DNA of 64,000 nucleotides from NCBI GenBank assembly GCA_964291405.2, contig OZ219926.1, forward strand, positions 384,001 to 448,000. Direction: 5' to 3'. This document shows positions 1 to 9,498 of this stretch, piece after piece. How positions within the stretch are numbered: position 1 is the first letter of the stretch; each line of letters begins with the position of its first letter. The stretch is from Thermodesulfobacteriota bacterium. GTDB taxonomy: Bacteria; Desulfobacterota; Binatia; Bin18. The notes beneath the pieces are model-generated. The model did not search any database. It was not told where the DNA came from and saw only the letters and a list, made by a program, of their open reading frames with translations. The position numbers and the translations under genes were made by a program.

Positions 1-1158
1 TTCCTGGATTTCAGCCTGCGTACAGCCAATCTCAGCTAGCACCTCGGCGGTATGCTCCCCGTACAACGGAGAACGGCGAGCCAACCGTACCGGCGTCTCG
101 GACAGTTTCGCCGCCGGGCCCAGCACCTGTACGGTCCCTCCAACCGGATGTTCCATCTCCTGCACCATGCCGCGTGCTTGAATATGCGGGTCGGCAAAAA
201 CCTCGGCGTAATTTGAGATCGGCCCGCACGGGACGCCTATTTCTTCGAGCACGGCGAGCCAGTGCGAGCGCGGCTGTTGTATCGTGACGGATTCTATTTC
301 TTGCGTGAGTTGATGCCGATTTTGGACGCGGAGACCATCTTCCGCGTATTCGGACCGGTCTAGCAATTCGGGGCGTCCAATGGCGTAGGCAAACTTCTCC
401 CACGTGCGGGTATTGGCCGCACCCAGATTGATATAGCCGTCTGCACAGCGAATCGCCTGATACGGGGCTGACATACGATGGGCCGAACCCATAGGCTCAG
501 GGATACCTCCGGTTGAGAAATACTGAGTCGATTCCCAGACAGACAGGGCGACCCCGGCTTCCAGCAGCGACGTATCAATATATTGGCCCTCGCCTGTTTT
601 GAGCCGATGGATGTAGGCGGCAAGAATGGCTTGTTCGGCAAAGAGACCGGCCCCAAGGTCGGTCACGGGAATCCCACATTTGACCGGCGGCCTGCCTTCT
701 TCGCCCGTCACCGACATAATGCCTGACATGCCCTGGGCCACGAGATCAAATCCCCCCTTGTGCGCGTACGGGCCGGTTGAACCAAAGCCGGATACCGAGG
801 CGTAGATGAGGCTGGGCTGCTCCTGCTTCAGACTGTCATAGTCCAAGCCGAATCCGGCCATCACACCCGGACGATAATTCTCCACCACCACGTCAGCCTG
901 TCGCGCGAGTGTCTGTACAAGATCCTGGGCGCGGCGGTCTTTGAGATTGAGCACAATCCCGCGTTTGTTCCGGTTGACCGCCCAATAGCCGGTACTCTCC
1001 ATCCCCTGCCGTTGCCCCATACGCCGGGTGGTATCGCCGCCCGGCGGCTCGACCTTAATGACATCGGCCCCCAAGTCCCCAAGGAGCATGGCGCAAAACG
1101 GCCCGGCCATGACCTGGGTAAATTCCAGGACGCGAACTCCCGCGAGTGCCTGTTTCAT
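1..1158 (-). CDS. CaiB/BaiF (class III) CoA-transferase, 3' end runs off the window
   Basis: Manual translation from ATG at 1158: MKQALAGVRVLEFTQVMAGPFCAMLLGDLGADVIKVEPPGGD...NRNKRGI...VENYRPG...GFDLVAQGMSG; frame open to base 1. Confidence 0.92.
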   Translation of the reverse strand, partial: MKQALAGVRVLEFTQVMAGPFCAMLLGDLGADVIKVEPPGGDTTRRMGQRQGMESTGYWAVNRNKRGIVLNLKDRRAQDLVQTLARQADVVVENYRPGVMAGFGLDYDSLKQEQPSLIYASVSGFGSTGPYAHKGGFDLVAQGMSGIMSVTGEEGRPPVKCGIPVTDLGAGLFAEQAILAAYIHRLKTGEGQYIDTSLLEAGVALSVWESTQYFSTGGIPEPMGSAHRMSAPYQAIRCADGYINLGAANTRTWEKFAYAIGRPELLDRSEYAEDGLRVQNRHQLTQEIESVTIQQPRSHWLAVLEEIGVPCGPISNYAEVFADPHIQARGMVQEMEHPVGGTVQVLGPAAKLSETPVRLARRSPLYGEHTAEVLAEIGCTQAEIQE

Positions 1159-1323
1159 ATCTTCCCCTCATTTCTCATAGGCTCAGCGTTCTCATACCAA
1201 GGCTGGCCGGAACAAAACAAGCCAGGACCTGCGGCGTATGAGCGTTCACCCAAGAGCGATATGCACTGGAGAGAACAGGGAGAAAAAAGACAGGGAAAAG
1301 GATGGGCCGACCGGGAGTCGTCC

Positions 1324-1524
1324 TTACGAGCGACGATGTTCGTGGAGACGTTTTGATTCGTTCTCCCCGTAGTGAACAACCCCTTTGTCAATCCGAATAG
1401 TAAAACAACAGGCGGGATTCGTACACGCCCAGACTTTGAAGTCGAGATCTGATCCTCGCGGACCGTAATCGGACAAAGGGACAAGCACTCCTTTTGGACA
1501 TTTTCGACACCGAGGAAGATCCAC
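1324..1524 (-). CDS. Small (66 aa) zinc-ribbon-like hypothetical protein
   Basis: GGAGGT RBS then GTG at 1524; MDLPRCRKCPKGVLVPLSDYG...VWACTNPACCFTIRIDKG with CxxC and CxxxxC pairs. Confidence 0.7.
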   Translation of the reverse strand: MDLPRCRKCPKGVLVPLSDYGPRGSDLDFKVWACTNPACCFTIRIDKGVVHYGENESKRLHEHRRS

Positions 1525-1742
1525 GCCAACCACCTCCAAGGGTAACCAATTAAACCTATACCTATAGTATGCCAGAGAAAAGGTTTGAGAGACAAGAATT
1601 TTTTTCAAAACGTTATGCCTGCCGAGAAGGATCAATCTTCTCCCGTGGGTCCGGCTCAGGGGTTTTGGCTATCTAATAAAGGTGGTATGCATCCCTATGG
1701 AGTACACGGACCAACATCAAGCGGATCAAAAGGTGGACAACA

Positions 1743-2066
1743 ATGGATGTTTTTAAGCAGGTCGCCGCCCAGATCGCTTTTTCGTCCGAGAAGATGAAAA
1801 AGGTCAATCTGTTTACGACCGACCGCATGTTCTGCGATGTGTACTGCTTTGAACCCGGACAAGAACAGACACCCCACACCCATACCGGCTCCGACAAAAT
1901 CTATTATGTACTGAACGGACGGGCCACGGTCCGGATTGGACAGGAAACCAGGGAACTCGGGGCTGGCGACATTGCGATGGCTCCGTCCGGGGCCGAGCAC
2001 GGCGTCAGCAATACCAGCACCGAGCAACTGACCCTCCTGGTTTTCATGGCCCCGAAACCATCATAG
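1743..2066 (+). CDS. Cupin domain protein
   Basis: PGQEQTPHTHTGSDKIYYVLNG and APSGAEHGVSN cupin motifs. Confidence 0.88.
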   Translation: MDVFKQVAAQIAFSSEKMKKVNLFTTDRMFCDVYCFEPGQEQTPHTHTGSDKIYYVLNGRATVRIGQETRELGAGDIAMAPSGAEHGVSNTSTEQLTLLVFMAPKPS

Positions 2067-2075
2067 GGAAGGCAT

Positions 2076-2492
2076 ATGGAAGAACGCGACGCTGTCACCG
2101 CGGCAAACCAAGCCTTTTACCGCGCCTTTGAAACGCTGAACATCAAAGAGATGGAAAAGGTCTGGCTGCAAGCCAGCCACATCAAATGCGTCCATCCGGG
2201 ATGGCCGCTCCTGGCAGGCTGGGGGCCGGTTATGGCGAGTTGGGAACGGATTTTCACCAATACGGAATCCATGCGGTTCGATTTGACCGATATCCGTGTC
2301 GAAGTGTCCGGAAGCCTGGGCTGGGTGGTCCTCATCGAAAACCTCGAATCGGGTGGACCGGACGGTACCTCTCGGTCGCGGATTTTGACGACGAATCTGT
2401 TTGAAAAGCGGGATGGCCAGTGGTTCATTGTGCATCACCATGGCTCGCCGATTTTCGCACCATCAACTCCGGCCGCAGATCAACTGCATTAG
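2076..2492 (+). CDS. SnoaL-like/NTF2 family protein
   Basis: ANQAFYRAFE...CVHPGW...W.IVHHHGS pattern. Confidence 0.85.
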   Translation: MEERDAVTAANQAFYRAFETLNIKEMEKVWLQASHIKCVHPGWPLLAGWGPVMASWERIFTNTESMRFDLTDIRVEVSGSLGWVVLIENLESGGPDGTSRSRILTTNLFEKRDGQWFIVHHHGSPIFAPSTPAADQLH

Positions 2493-2575
2493 CGCGACTC
2501 GCCTTGCCCGCTTTGCCGGGCCAATGGTAGAGTAACACGACTGAAAATAACCACGAACAGGAGGATGTAGGACGG

Positions 2576-3139
2576 ATGCTCATACCAGCGACTCAGCTGC
2601 GCGTGGGGGCGCTTGTTATCTATCAGAACGATCTCCATCGCATCATGGATTTGATACACGTCACTCCCGGCAATAAGCGCGGCTTTGTACAAACCAAACT
2701 TCGCAATCTGCGGAGCGGCTTACAAACAGAGCATAAATTCAGCTCGAACGACAAAGTTGACCGGGTCACGCTCGAACAGCGGGAAATGGAATATCTGTAC
2801 GAATCCGGCGATGAATACTGCTTCATGAACTCCAAGGATTACGAGCAGATTACCTTGTCGAAAGACCTGCTCGGCGGCTCGGTGCACTACCTTGTCCCCA
2901 ATATGAAGATTACCCTCGATCTGTACGAAGAAAATCCGGTCGGCATCAGCCTACCGAAGACGGTTGATCTCACCGTGACCGACACCCCACCCGCCATGAA
3001 GGGGGCAACCGTCACCAACGAGTTGAAGCCGGCTACCATGGAAACCGGCCTGGTCGTCCGCGTTCCTGGCTTTATCGACATCGGCGAATCCGTTCGGGTA
3101 GACACCGAAACCGGGGAATATGTCTCCCGGGCCAAATAG
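2576..3139 (+). CDS. efp: Elongation factor P
   Basis: 187 aa; HVTPGNKRGFVQTKLRNL loop, EYLY, KPATMETG..V.VP.FI..GE.VRVDT.TGEYVSR. Confidence 0.96.
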   Translation: MLIPATQLRVGALVIYQNDLHRIMDLIHVTPGNKRGFVQTKLRNLRSGLQTEHKFSSNDKVDRVTLEQREMEYLYESGDEYCFMNSKDYEQITLSKDLLGGSVHYLVPNMKITLDLYEENPVGISLPKTVDLTVTDTPPAMKGATVTNELKPATMETGLVVRVPGFIDIGESVRVDTETGEYVSRAK

Positions 3140-3169
3140 GCCGAACAGCGACACGAGAAAGCGCCGGGC

Positions 3170-3565
3170 ATGAAACGTTTTTTCCTGGGGCTGGGTGTCG
3201 GATTGATGCTGGCGCTGGGCGGCCTCGGAGCCGGCCTTGCAGTTCTGGTCTACACGCCTGCGAGCGCCGTCGGCACGACGGTCAAACCGATCCTGCTTAT
3301 CGACCACGAGCGCATCGCCGTCTGGAAACTCGTGCTGGAGCCCGGTCAGTCCACCAGGCAGCATACACACGAGTTTGACGAGGTTGTGATTTGCCTTGAG
3401 GGCTCAAAGCTCAGGGCAACACTCGCCGGGCCGGAGCCCGAACGCCAGACGCACTACCCTGAGGCTGGCCAAGTCATTATGCCCCAAGTCAAAGGCGTGA
3501 CCCACACGCTGACCAACGTCGGCGACACACGCTACAGCCAGATTTCCATCGAGTTAAAGGAGTAG
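3170..3565 (+). CDS. Exported or membrane-anchored cupin-like protein
   Basis: Hydrophobic N-terminus; LEPGQSTRQHTH...GVTHTLTNVG. Confidence 0.75.
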   Translation: MKRFFLGLGVGLMLALGGLGAGLAVLVYTPASAVGTTVKPILLIDHERIAVWKLVLEPGQSTRQHTHEFDEVVICLEGSKLRATLAGPEPERQTHYPEAGQVIMPQVKGVTHTLTNVGDTRYSQISIELKE

Positions 3566-3603
3566 CTACCGAGAGTCTGGTGGAGTGGGAGAGCGGGAGC
3601 AGC

Positions 3604-3635
3604 CTGGCCCTTCCTCCCGTGAGGGGAAGGGCCAG
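3604..3635. terminator. GC-rich hairpin between convergent genes
   Basis: CTGGCCCTTCC...GGAAGGGCCAG 11-bp stem. Confidence 0.55.
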
Positions 3636-3649
3636 ATTCGGTACCGTGC

Positions 3650-4621
3650 CTATCCCCCAAAGTAGTTTTTGGGATTTTCGACCGTCATGGTATGGATAGT
3701 GCCCTCGCTTACCCCCGCTCGGCTCAGTTGCGGAATGATATTTTTCAGGATGTGCGAATAGTTCCAGTTCGGACAGGCCTCAAGGAACTGTTCCCACGCC
3801 TTGCTCGGGCGGCCCATCATGCAGTGCACGGCATCATGCGACAGCATAATCCGGTCATACCCAACAGCCAGGAGGCCGATGAGGGAGGCCAGGCGCATTT
3901 TATCGGAGGCGATGGTTTCGACTCCAAAGCGGTCAAAACCGATCCACGCGCCCCGCTCAAGTACGTCAAAGTAGTAGCGCATATCACCCACACCACACGC
4001 GTGGCCGATCATCACCCGGTTAAAATCAACCCCTTCGTCTTCAAAGACGTCTAAGGTTTCCCGTCCGAACGGACCCAACTCATCGTTGTGGCATAGAATG
4101 GGCATACCTGTGGCCTTATGCGTCCGCGCCGCGGCCCGCAAACACGTCTCTTCGTGTTTCCCAATACTCGTCGCCGTCTCGGTCATGCCCGGAATGCCAC
4201 CGGTTGCGGTTTTAATGATACCCGCCTTAATCCCGGTATTCCCGATCCCTTCAGTGATCTCACGCACATAGACCTCGGCGATATCGTCCGCCCCCAGACT
4301 CCGGAAGTGTGGCGGGATACCCAAGACTTCGTTGTACAAGCCAGTGGCAATGATGACATTCAGCCCAGACCGCTCGGCGCATTCGGCGGCGAACTCCGGG
4401 TCGCGGCCTAATTCCATGGGACAGGGGTCAACAAACGAGGTCACCCCCAGCTCTTTGATCTCTTTGAGCTTTTCTACCGCACTATCGACCTCTTTCTTAC
4501 GATCAAAACTGGTATTGTCCCATTCATAGCCGGGGAAGCCGGCCGTCAGATGCTCATGTACGAGCGTGAACCCCAACTGGTCCGAGGTAGTGTCGCCAAG
4601 AACGGTTTGTACCTTTGCCAT
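3650..4621 (-). CDS. Phosphotriesterase-related protein (PTE/PLL lactonase family)
   Basis: TLVHEH, IIK (carboxylated Lys position), CHN, IGH, SHD metal ligands; FDRFG. Confidence 0.9.
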   Translation of the reverse strand: MAKVQTVLGDTTSDQLGFTLVHEHLTAGFPGYEWDNTSFDRKKEVDSAVEKLKEIKELGVTSFVDPCPMELGRDPEFAAECAERSGLNVIIATGLYNEVLGIPPHFRSLGADDIAEVYVREITEGIGNTGIKAGIIKTATGGIPGMTETATSIGKHEETCLRAAARTHKATGMPILCHNDELGPFGRETLDVFEDEGVDFNRVMIGHACGVGDMRYYFDVLERGAWIGFDRFGVETIASDKMRLASLIGLLAVGYDRIMLSHDAVHCMMGRPSKAWEQFLEACPNWNYSHILKNIIPQLSRAGVSEGTIHTMTVENPKNYFGG

Positions 4622-4692
4622 CACATTCCCTCCTCTATGATGTTGTTCGTTTTTCCCTATCTCAGCCGAAAAAGGATGTATAGGCGTATCGA

Positions 4693-5733
4693 TTAGGCCG
4701 CGGCCGGCTGCCAGGTCTGGCGTATGATCTGCAAGGCCTCGTCTATGTCCGCTTGTGATATGCCGTAGTGCGTCACCGCACGGAAGCGTTCGCCACCGAT
4801 ATCGCCGATTTTAACGCCGGCCTGTCCGAGCACCTCGGCAAAAGAACCGCCGTTGATGTGGGGTGTCGGCACGGAAAAGATCACAAGATTGGTCTGGACC
4901 GTCTCCAGATCAATATGCACACCGGGCAGTTCAGCCAGGCCCTCAGCCAGCCGCCGGGCAGTCTGGTGGTCTTCGGCCAGACGTTCGACCATCTGGTTCA
5001 AGGCCACGATTCCCGCCGCGGCAATGATACCCGCCTGGCGCATCCCGCCGCCGACCATTTTCCGATAACGCCGAGCCCGCCGGATAAACTCTTGACTCCC
5101 ACACACGAGAGAGCCGACCGGAGCGGACAGTCCTTTGGACAGGCAAAATTGGACCGAATCGACAGGCTGGGTTAAGGCAGGCACCTCACAGCCCAAAGCC
5201 ACTGCGGCATTAAAGATACGCGAGCCGTCAAGATGTACCGGCACGCCGACTGTATCGGCCAGCTTCCGGACAGAGCGAAGATACTCGACCGGCAGGACCG
5301 TCCCTCCGCAACGATTATGCGTGTTCTCCAAACAGATCAGACCCGGTGGGGCGTAGTGCTCATCAGGGGGATATATGGCCCGTTTGATATCCGGCAGGGC
5401 GAGTTCTCCCAAACGGCCCGTGGGCACGGTGTGAAAGGCCAGCCCGCCCAGAGCCGACGCTCCCCCGGCTTCGTATTTGAAAATATGGCACTGGTCGCCA
5501 AGAATGACGTCCTGTCCCCGGGTGCAGTGGCTCAGCAGGGAGACCAGATTTCCCATAGTTCCACTGGTCACCAGCACAGCGGCCTCTTTACCCATCTTTT
5601 CCGCGGCAAGCTCTTCCAGCCGATTGACAGTCGGGTCTTCGCCCATGACATCGTCACCCAGCTCGGCACGCGCAATGGCGTCGCGCATGGCAGGGCTTGG
5701 CAAGGTTACCGTATCGCTCCGAAGATCAATCAT
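4693..5733 (-). CDS. ltaE: Low-specificity L-threonine aldolase
   Basis: MIDLRSDTVT, GDDVMGEDPTV, LENTHN, HLDGSRIFNA, CLSKGL.APVGS. Confidence 0.95.
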   Translation of the reverse strand: MIDLRSDTVTLPSPAMRDAIARAELGDDVMGEDPTVNRLEELAAEKMGKEAAVLVTSGTMGNLVSLLSHCTRGQDVILGDQCHIFKYEAGGASALGGLAFHTVPTGRLGELALPDIKRAIYPPDEHYAPPGLICLENTHNRCGGTVLPVEYLRSVRKLADTVGVPVHLDGSRIFNAAVALGCEVPALTQPVDSVQFCLSKGLSAPVGSLVCGSQEFIRRARRYRKMVGGGMRQAGIIAAAGIVALNQMVERLAEDHQTARRLAEGLAELPGVHIDLETVQTNLVIFSVPTPHINGGSFAEVLGQAGVKIGDIGGERFRAVTHYGISQADIDEALQIIRQTWQPAAA

Positions 5734-5766
5734 CGTATATTCCTCACGTCCTCGGTCCACATTCGT

Positions 5767-6180
5767 TCATCGTCTGTGTAACCATTCAGTCTCACGGCGC
5801 TCACGCTTGGTCGGACGCCCACTGCCCCGTGACCGGAAAGACGGCTGGGCAAGGAAATCAAAGTCCGCGTCTTGCTGCGGCGAATGGTCCTCATACAGTA
5901 AGCGGGCTGCAGTTGCCGGGCCTCGCTTATCAGAGACCGCCAGTACCTTGAGCTTCTTGAGTCCATGCGGATGGGGGAACTCAATCATATCATCCACTCG
6001 AACCAGCTTATGCGGCTTTGCCGTATGCCCGTTGACCTCAACCTTCCCTCCCCCACAGGCTTCGGCCGCCAGCGAGCGGCTCTTATAAAACCGTGCGGCC
6101 CACAGCCAGCGGTCGGCCCGCACCGCAAGATCGCTAGGGTCAGGTGTCGAGTTTGTCGCTTTGTTTCCTTTTTTCTTCAT
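5767..6180 (-). CDS. hslR: Ribosome-associated heat shock protein Hsp15 (S4 domain)
   Basis: RADRWLWAARFYKSRSLA...GRPTKRERR. Confidence 0.9.
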   Translation of the reverse strand: MKKKGNKATNSTPDPSDLAVRADRWLWAARFYKSRSLAAEACGGGKVEVNGHTAKPHKLVRVDDMIEFPHPHGLKKLKVLAVSDKRGPATAARLLYEDHSPQQDADFDFLAQPSFRSRGSGRPTKRERRETEWLHRR

Positions 6181-6187
6181 ACAGACA

Positions 6188-6232
6188 TTCCCCTCCTTGG
6201 AGGGGTGGCACGAAGCGTCGGGGTGGGTTCTT
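6188..6232. repeat. Extragenic palindromic (REP-like) element
   Basis: TTCCCCTCCTTGGAGGGGTGGCACGAAGCGTCGGGGTGGG with a CCCCTCC/GGAGGGG stem. Confidence 0.5.
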
Positions 6233-6237
6233 ATCCC

Positions 6238-7209
6238 CTATCCGCCAAACGCATCCAGAACCGCGTTGACGCCCCGCTCATAATCGCCGTCAATCGCGGT
6301 CGGATACAGTATCACATATGACGCTCCAGCCCGCTCAAACTCGTCAAGCTTTTTCTGACAATCCTGCGGAGTACCCAGAGCGGCAACCTGTTCCGCCATT
6401 TCTTCGGATACAGCTTCGGCCGCCGCAGCCATGTCGTTCTTTTGGGCCGCCGCCATAATACCGGCAGCTTCTTTCTCAAAGCCCTGGCGAACAAAGAGCC
6501 GGTTGTAGTACGGCATGCGTCCGTAAAAAGACAAAGTTTGTCGCACGGAGCGGAGCGCAACCGCTTTATCTTCACACACACAACAGTGCATGATGAGCCC
6601 GATTTGGACATCCGTAGGTGAACGCCCAGCCTCTTGCGCGCCGGTCGCAATCCCCTCCACCACTTCGTGCAGCCCGTGCGGCGCGTAATTCAGCGGCAGG
6701 CTGCCATCGGCCAGCTCGCCGGTGAGGTGAATACTCTTGGGCGAAATACCGGCCAGATAAATGGGAATCTTGTTATCGGCTTTCATCGACGGCAGCCCAA
6801 GCGCCGCCGCAGCCTCATCTTTCCCGTCAAAGATGTTCCGCACCGCCTGTACATATTCCCGCAGGGCGGTCAAGGGTTTAGCCATATCTATACCGAACAT
6901 GCTGTTTAACGGGACATGACTGGTGCCCAGGCCGAGCAAGAGACGTCCCGGAGCAAGACGATCTACGGTCATGGCGTGCAGGGCCGCAATGAGCGGGTTA
7001 CGCAAATAGAGGTTGGTAATACCCGTGCCGACCTGGATTTCCGAGGTCACGGACGCCAGGTGCTGGGCGAGCGCCAAAGAGTCGGTAAACGATTCCGTCA
7101 CCAGAAAATTGCGCAGGCCACGCTCCTCTGCCTTTTTGACATAGGCGGTGTACTGATCCAAAGAACCTGGAGCCATATTGCTCATTATCAACATACCGGG
7201 AGTTGCCAT
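6238..7209 (-). CDS. LLM class flavin-dependent oxidoreductase
   Basis: TSEIQVGTGITN...RNP...GRLLLGLG...IPIYLAG..PKSI.LTGELADG. Confidence 0.88.
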   Translation of the reverse strand: MATPGMLIMSNMAPGSLDQYTAYVKKAEERGLRNFLVTESFTDSLALAQHLASVTSEIQVGTGITNLYLRNPLIAALHAMTVDRLAPGRLLLGLGTSHVPLNSMFGIDMAKPLTALREYVQAVRNIFDGKDEAAAALGLPSMKADNKIPIYLAGISPKSIHLTGELADGSLPLNYAPHGLHEVVEGIATGAQEAGRSPTDVQIGLIMHCCVCEDKAVALRSVRQTLSFYGRMPYYNRLFVRQGFEKEAAGIMAAAQKNDMAAAAEAVSEEMAEQVAALGTPQDCQKKLDEFERAGASYVILYPTAIDGDYERGVNAVLDAFGG

Positions 7210-7277
7210 ACCGAGTCCTCCTAAGGTGGGATCAACCCTTCAAATCACAAGCTATCGGGAGCCGCAATGGAATACGA

Positions 7278-8075
7278 CTATTCGTCAGAAAGGAGAGGCG
7301 GAGCGTTTTGCGCCAGCACGCCTAACTCTTCTTTGACCGCAACCCCACTCAGTTGTGCCCGCCGCATGAGTTCCGCCAGGCGCAGGATACGGTCTGCGGC
7401 TTCCTCAACCGCCACACCACGGGCATGAATGTTTGAGATCAGATTTCGCTCGGCGTCAGTATGGCCGCTCCGGGGACGATAGGCCATATATGCCGAGAGG
7501 CTCTCTGCGGTCAGCAGTCCCGGTCGTTCTCCAATGAGAAGAACCAGGACGGTTGGAGCAAGCAACTCGCCAATATCGTTCAGCACCCCGACGCGGCAGT
7601 AGCGGACAGCAAAGGGCCGCCCAAGGCGCCAGCCCCGTTTTTCCGCACCGGCATGGAGCAACGGCAATAGGGCGGGCACCTGTCTGACAACGGCAGCGAC
7701 CGAGAGTCCGTCACCGATCACAACCTGGAGATCGGCACCAACAGCGCAACGATTCATGATCTCCGCCTGGTCGTGCTCACTGATTCGGCGACCCAGGTCG
7801 GGTCGCATCAGGTATTCGGCTTTATTCCGCGCTTGGCTGGAGACGGTAAACATATCCCAGGCTTGTAGAAAGTCCAGCCCAAGACCTCGTTCCCAATCGA
7901 TATCGGTCTGCACCGCGTCCCTGGCTGAGGCATGGTCCGAACGCAGGCTGAGCTGCGTTTGCGTCCGATAAGCCGACCCGGACCGACCGGCAAATATCCG
8001 GGCTGGAGTCCGCGTCCGGATTGTAGCCAACGGGTCGTGAGTGTCCGATATTGCAGGTGTCTTCATTATTCTCAC
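7278..8075 (-). CDS. eutC: Ethanolamine ammonia-lyase small subunit
   Basis: TPARI, DHASARDAV, YLMRPDLGRR, DGLS, LIGERPGL, RNLISNI. Confidence 0.95.
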   Translation of the reverse strand: MRIMKTPAISDTHDPLATIRTRTPARIFAGRSGSAYRTQTQLSLRSDHASARDAVQTDIDWERGLGLDFLQAWDMFTVSSQARNKAEYLMRPDLGRRISEHDQAEIMNRCAVGADLQVVIGDGLSVAAVVRQVPALLPLLHAGAEKRGWRLGRPFAVRYCRVGVLNDIGELLAPTVLVLLIGERPGLLTAESLSAYMAYRPRSGHTDAERNLISNIHARGVAVEEAADRILRLAELMRRAQLSGVAVKEELGVLAQNAPPLLSDE

Positions 8076-8077
8076 GG

Positions 8078-9478
8078 CTACGCAATCAGCTTGACCGTTT
8101 CTTCGAGACGTTGCCGAGCGGGACTCTCCGATGTCACCAGATTCCCGTTCCGCACGATGTCCATCCGCTCCAACCAGGCCAAAAATTCCGGGGCCGGCTG
8201 TAAACCAAAGAGTTGACGGGCGCCGAGTGCGTCGTGAAAACTGGTGGACTGATAGCTCAGCATCACATCATCAGCACACGGCACCCCCATAAAATAATTG
8301 CAGCCAGCCGCGGTTAATAGCAGCAGGAGATTATCCGCCGAGTTCTGGTCAGCCTGAGCGTGGTTGGTGTAACACACGTCACAACCCATGGGCAGTCCGA
8401 GCAGCTTACCCATGAAATGATCTTCCAAACCGGCCCGAACGATCTGGCGTTCATCATATAAGTACTCGGGGCCGATAAAGCCCACGACGGTATTGACAAG
8501 GAAGGGTGCAAACGCGCGGGCTACGCCGTAGGTTCGGGCTTCGAGCGTAAGTTGATCCACGCCGTGATGGGCATTGGCCGACAACGCACTCCCCTGCCCG
8601 GTTTCAAAATACATGACCGCATCACCCGCCCAGGCGACCTCACGACTTCGATGATGTTCGAGGACACGCTCACGGCCCTCACGCAGAATATTCAGATTGA
8701 TCCCAAAGCTCGTATTGGCGGCCTCCGTCCCGGCAAGAGACTGAAACAGCAGGTCCACGGGCGCGCCATGCTCAAGGCTGTCGAGCTGCGTGCTGATATG
8801 TGCCAGGCAGCACGATTGGGTTGGGATGTCATAGGCTTCAATCAGATGCTGAAGACCGTGCAGAATCTGGCTGACCGTTTCTACAGACTCGGTCGCCGGG
8901 TTCACGCCGATGACGGCATCTCCACACCCAAACAGCAAGCCATCAACCGCGGACAGGAGGATCCCACCGATATCATCGGCCGGATGATTGGGCTGCACCC
9001 GAATACCCAGGACGCCGGGCTGACCCATGGTATTGCGACAGCGCGTGATGTTACGGATTTTGCTGGCAGCCACAACCAAGTCTTTATTGCTCATCAGCTT
9101 TGTGACAGCCGCAGCGACCTCCGGGATAATGGCCCAGTGGAGCGCACCCAAACGAGCACCGTCCTGATCCTCGTCCAGCACATACTCGCGGAACTCGCCG
9201 ACCGTCAGATGGGCAAGCGGACGGAACGCCTCCTGGTCATGGGTCTCAAGAATCAGACGGCTCACTTCGTCTTGGACGGGCCCTATGAGGGGATTCGCCA
9301 CGATGTCCGACAACGGAATATCGGCCAACACCAGCTTGGCCGCAACCCGTTCCTGCTCGGAGGTGGCGGCAATCCCGGCTAACCGATCGCCCGACTTGTC
9401 TTCATTGGCCTTGGCAAGGACTTCACGCAGATCAGCAAAAGAAAAACGCTGGCCGCGAACGGTAGTAGAGTAGCTCAT
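8078..9478 (-). CDS. eutB: Ethanolamine ammonia-lyase large subunit
   Basis: QPNHP, GDAVIGVNPA, MYFETGQGSALS, VGFIGPEYL, GCDVCYTNH. Confidence 0.97.
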   Translation of the reverse strand: MSYSTTVRGQRFSFADLREVLAKANEDKSGDRLAGIAATSEQERVAAKLVLADIPLSDIVANPLIGPVQDEVSRLILETHDQEAFRPLAHLTVGEFREYVLDEDQDGARLGALHWAIIPEVAAAVTKLMSNKDLVVAASKIRNITRCRNTMGQPGVLGIRVQPNHPADDIGGILLSAVDGLLFGCGDAVIGVNPATESVETVSQILHGLQHLIEAYDIPTQSCCLAHISTQLDSLEHGAPVDLLFQSLAGTEAANTSFGINLNILREGRERVLEHHRSREVAWAGDAVMYFETGQGSALSANAHHGVDQLTLEARTYGVARAFAPFLVNTVVGFIGPEYLYDERQIVRAGLEDHFMGKLLGLPMGCDVCYTNHAQADQNSADNLLLLLTAAGCNYFMGVPCADDVMLSYQSTSFHDALGARQLFGLQPAPEFLAWLERMDIVRNGNLVTSESPARQRLEETVKLIA

Positions 9479-9498
9479 ACGACCCTACGTCCGACGTC

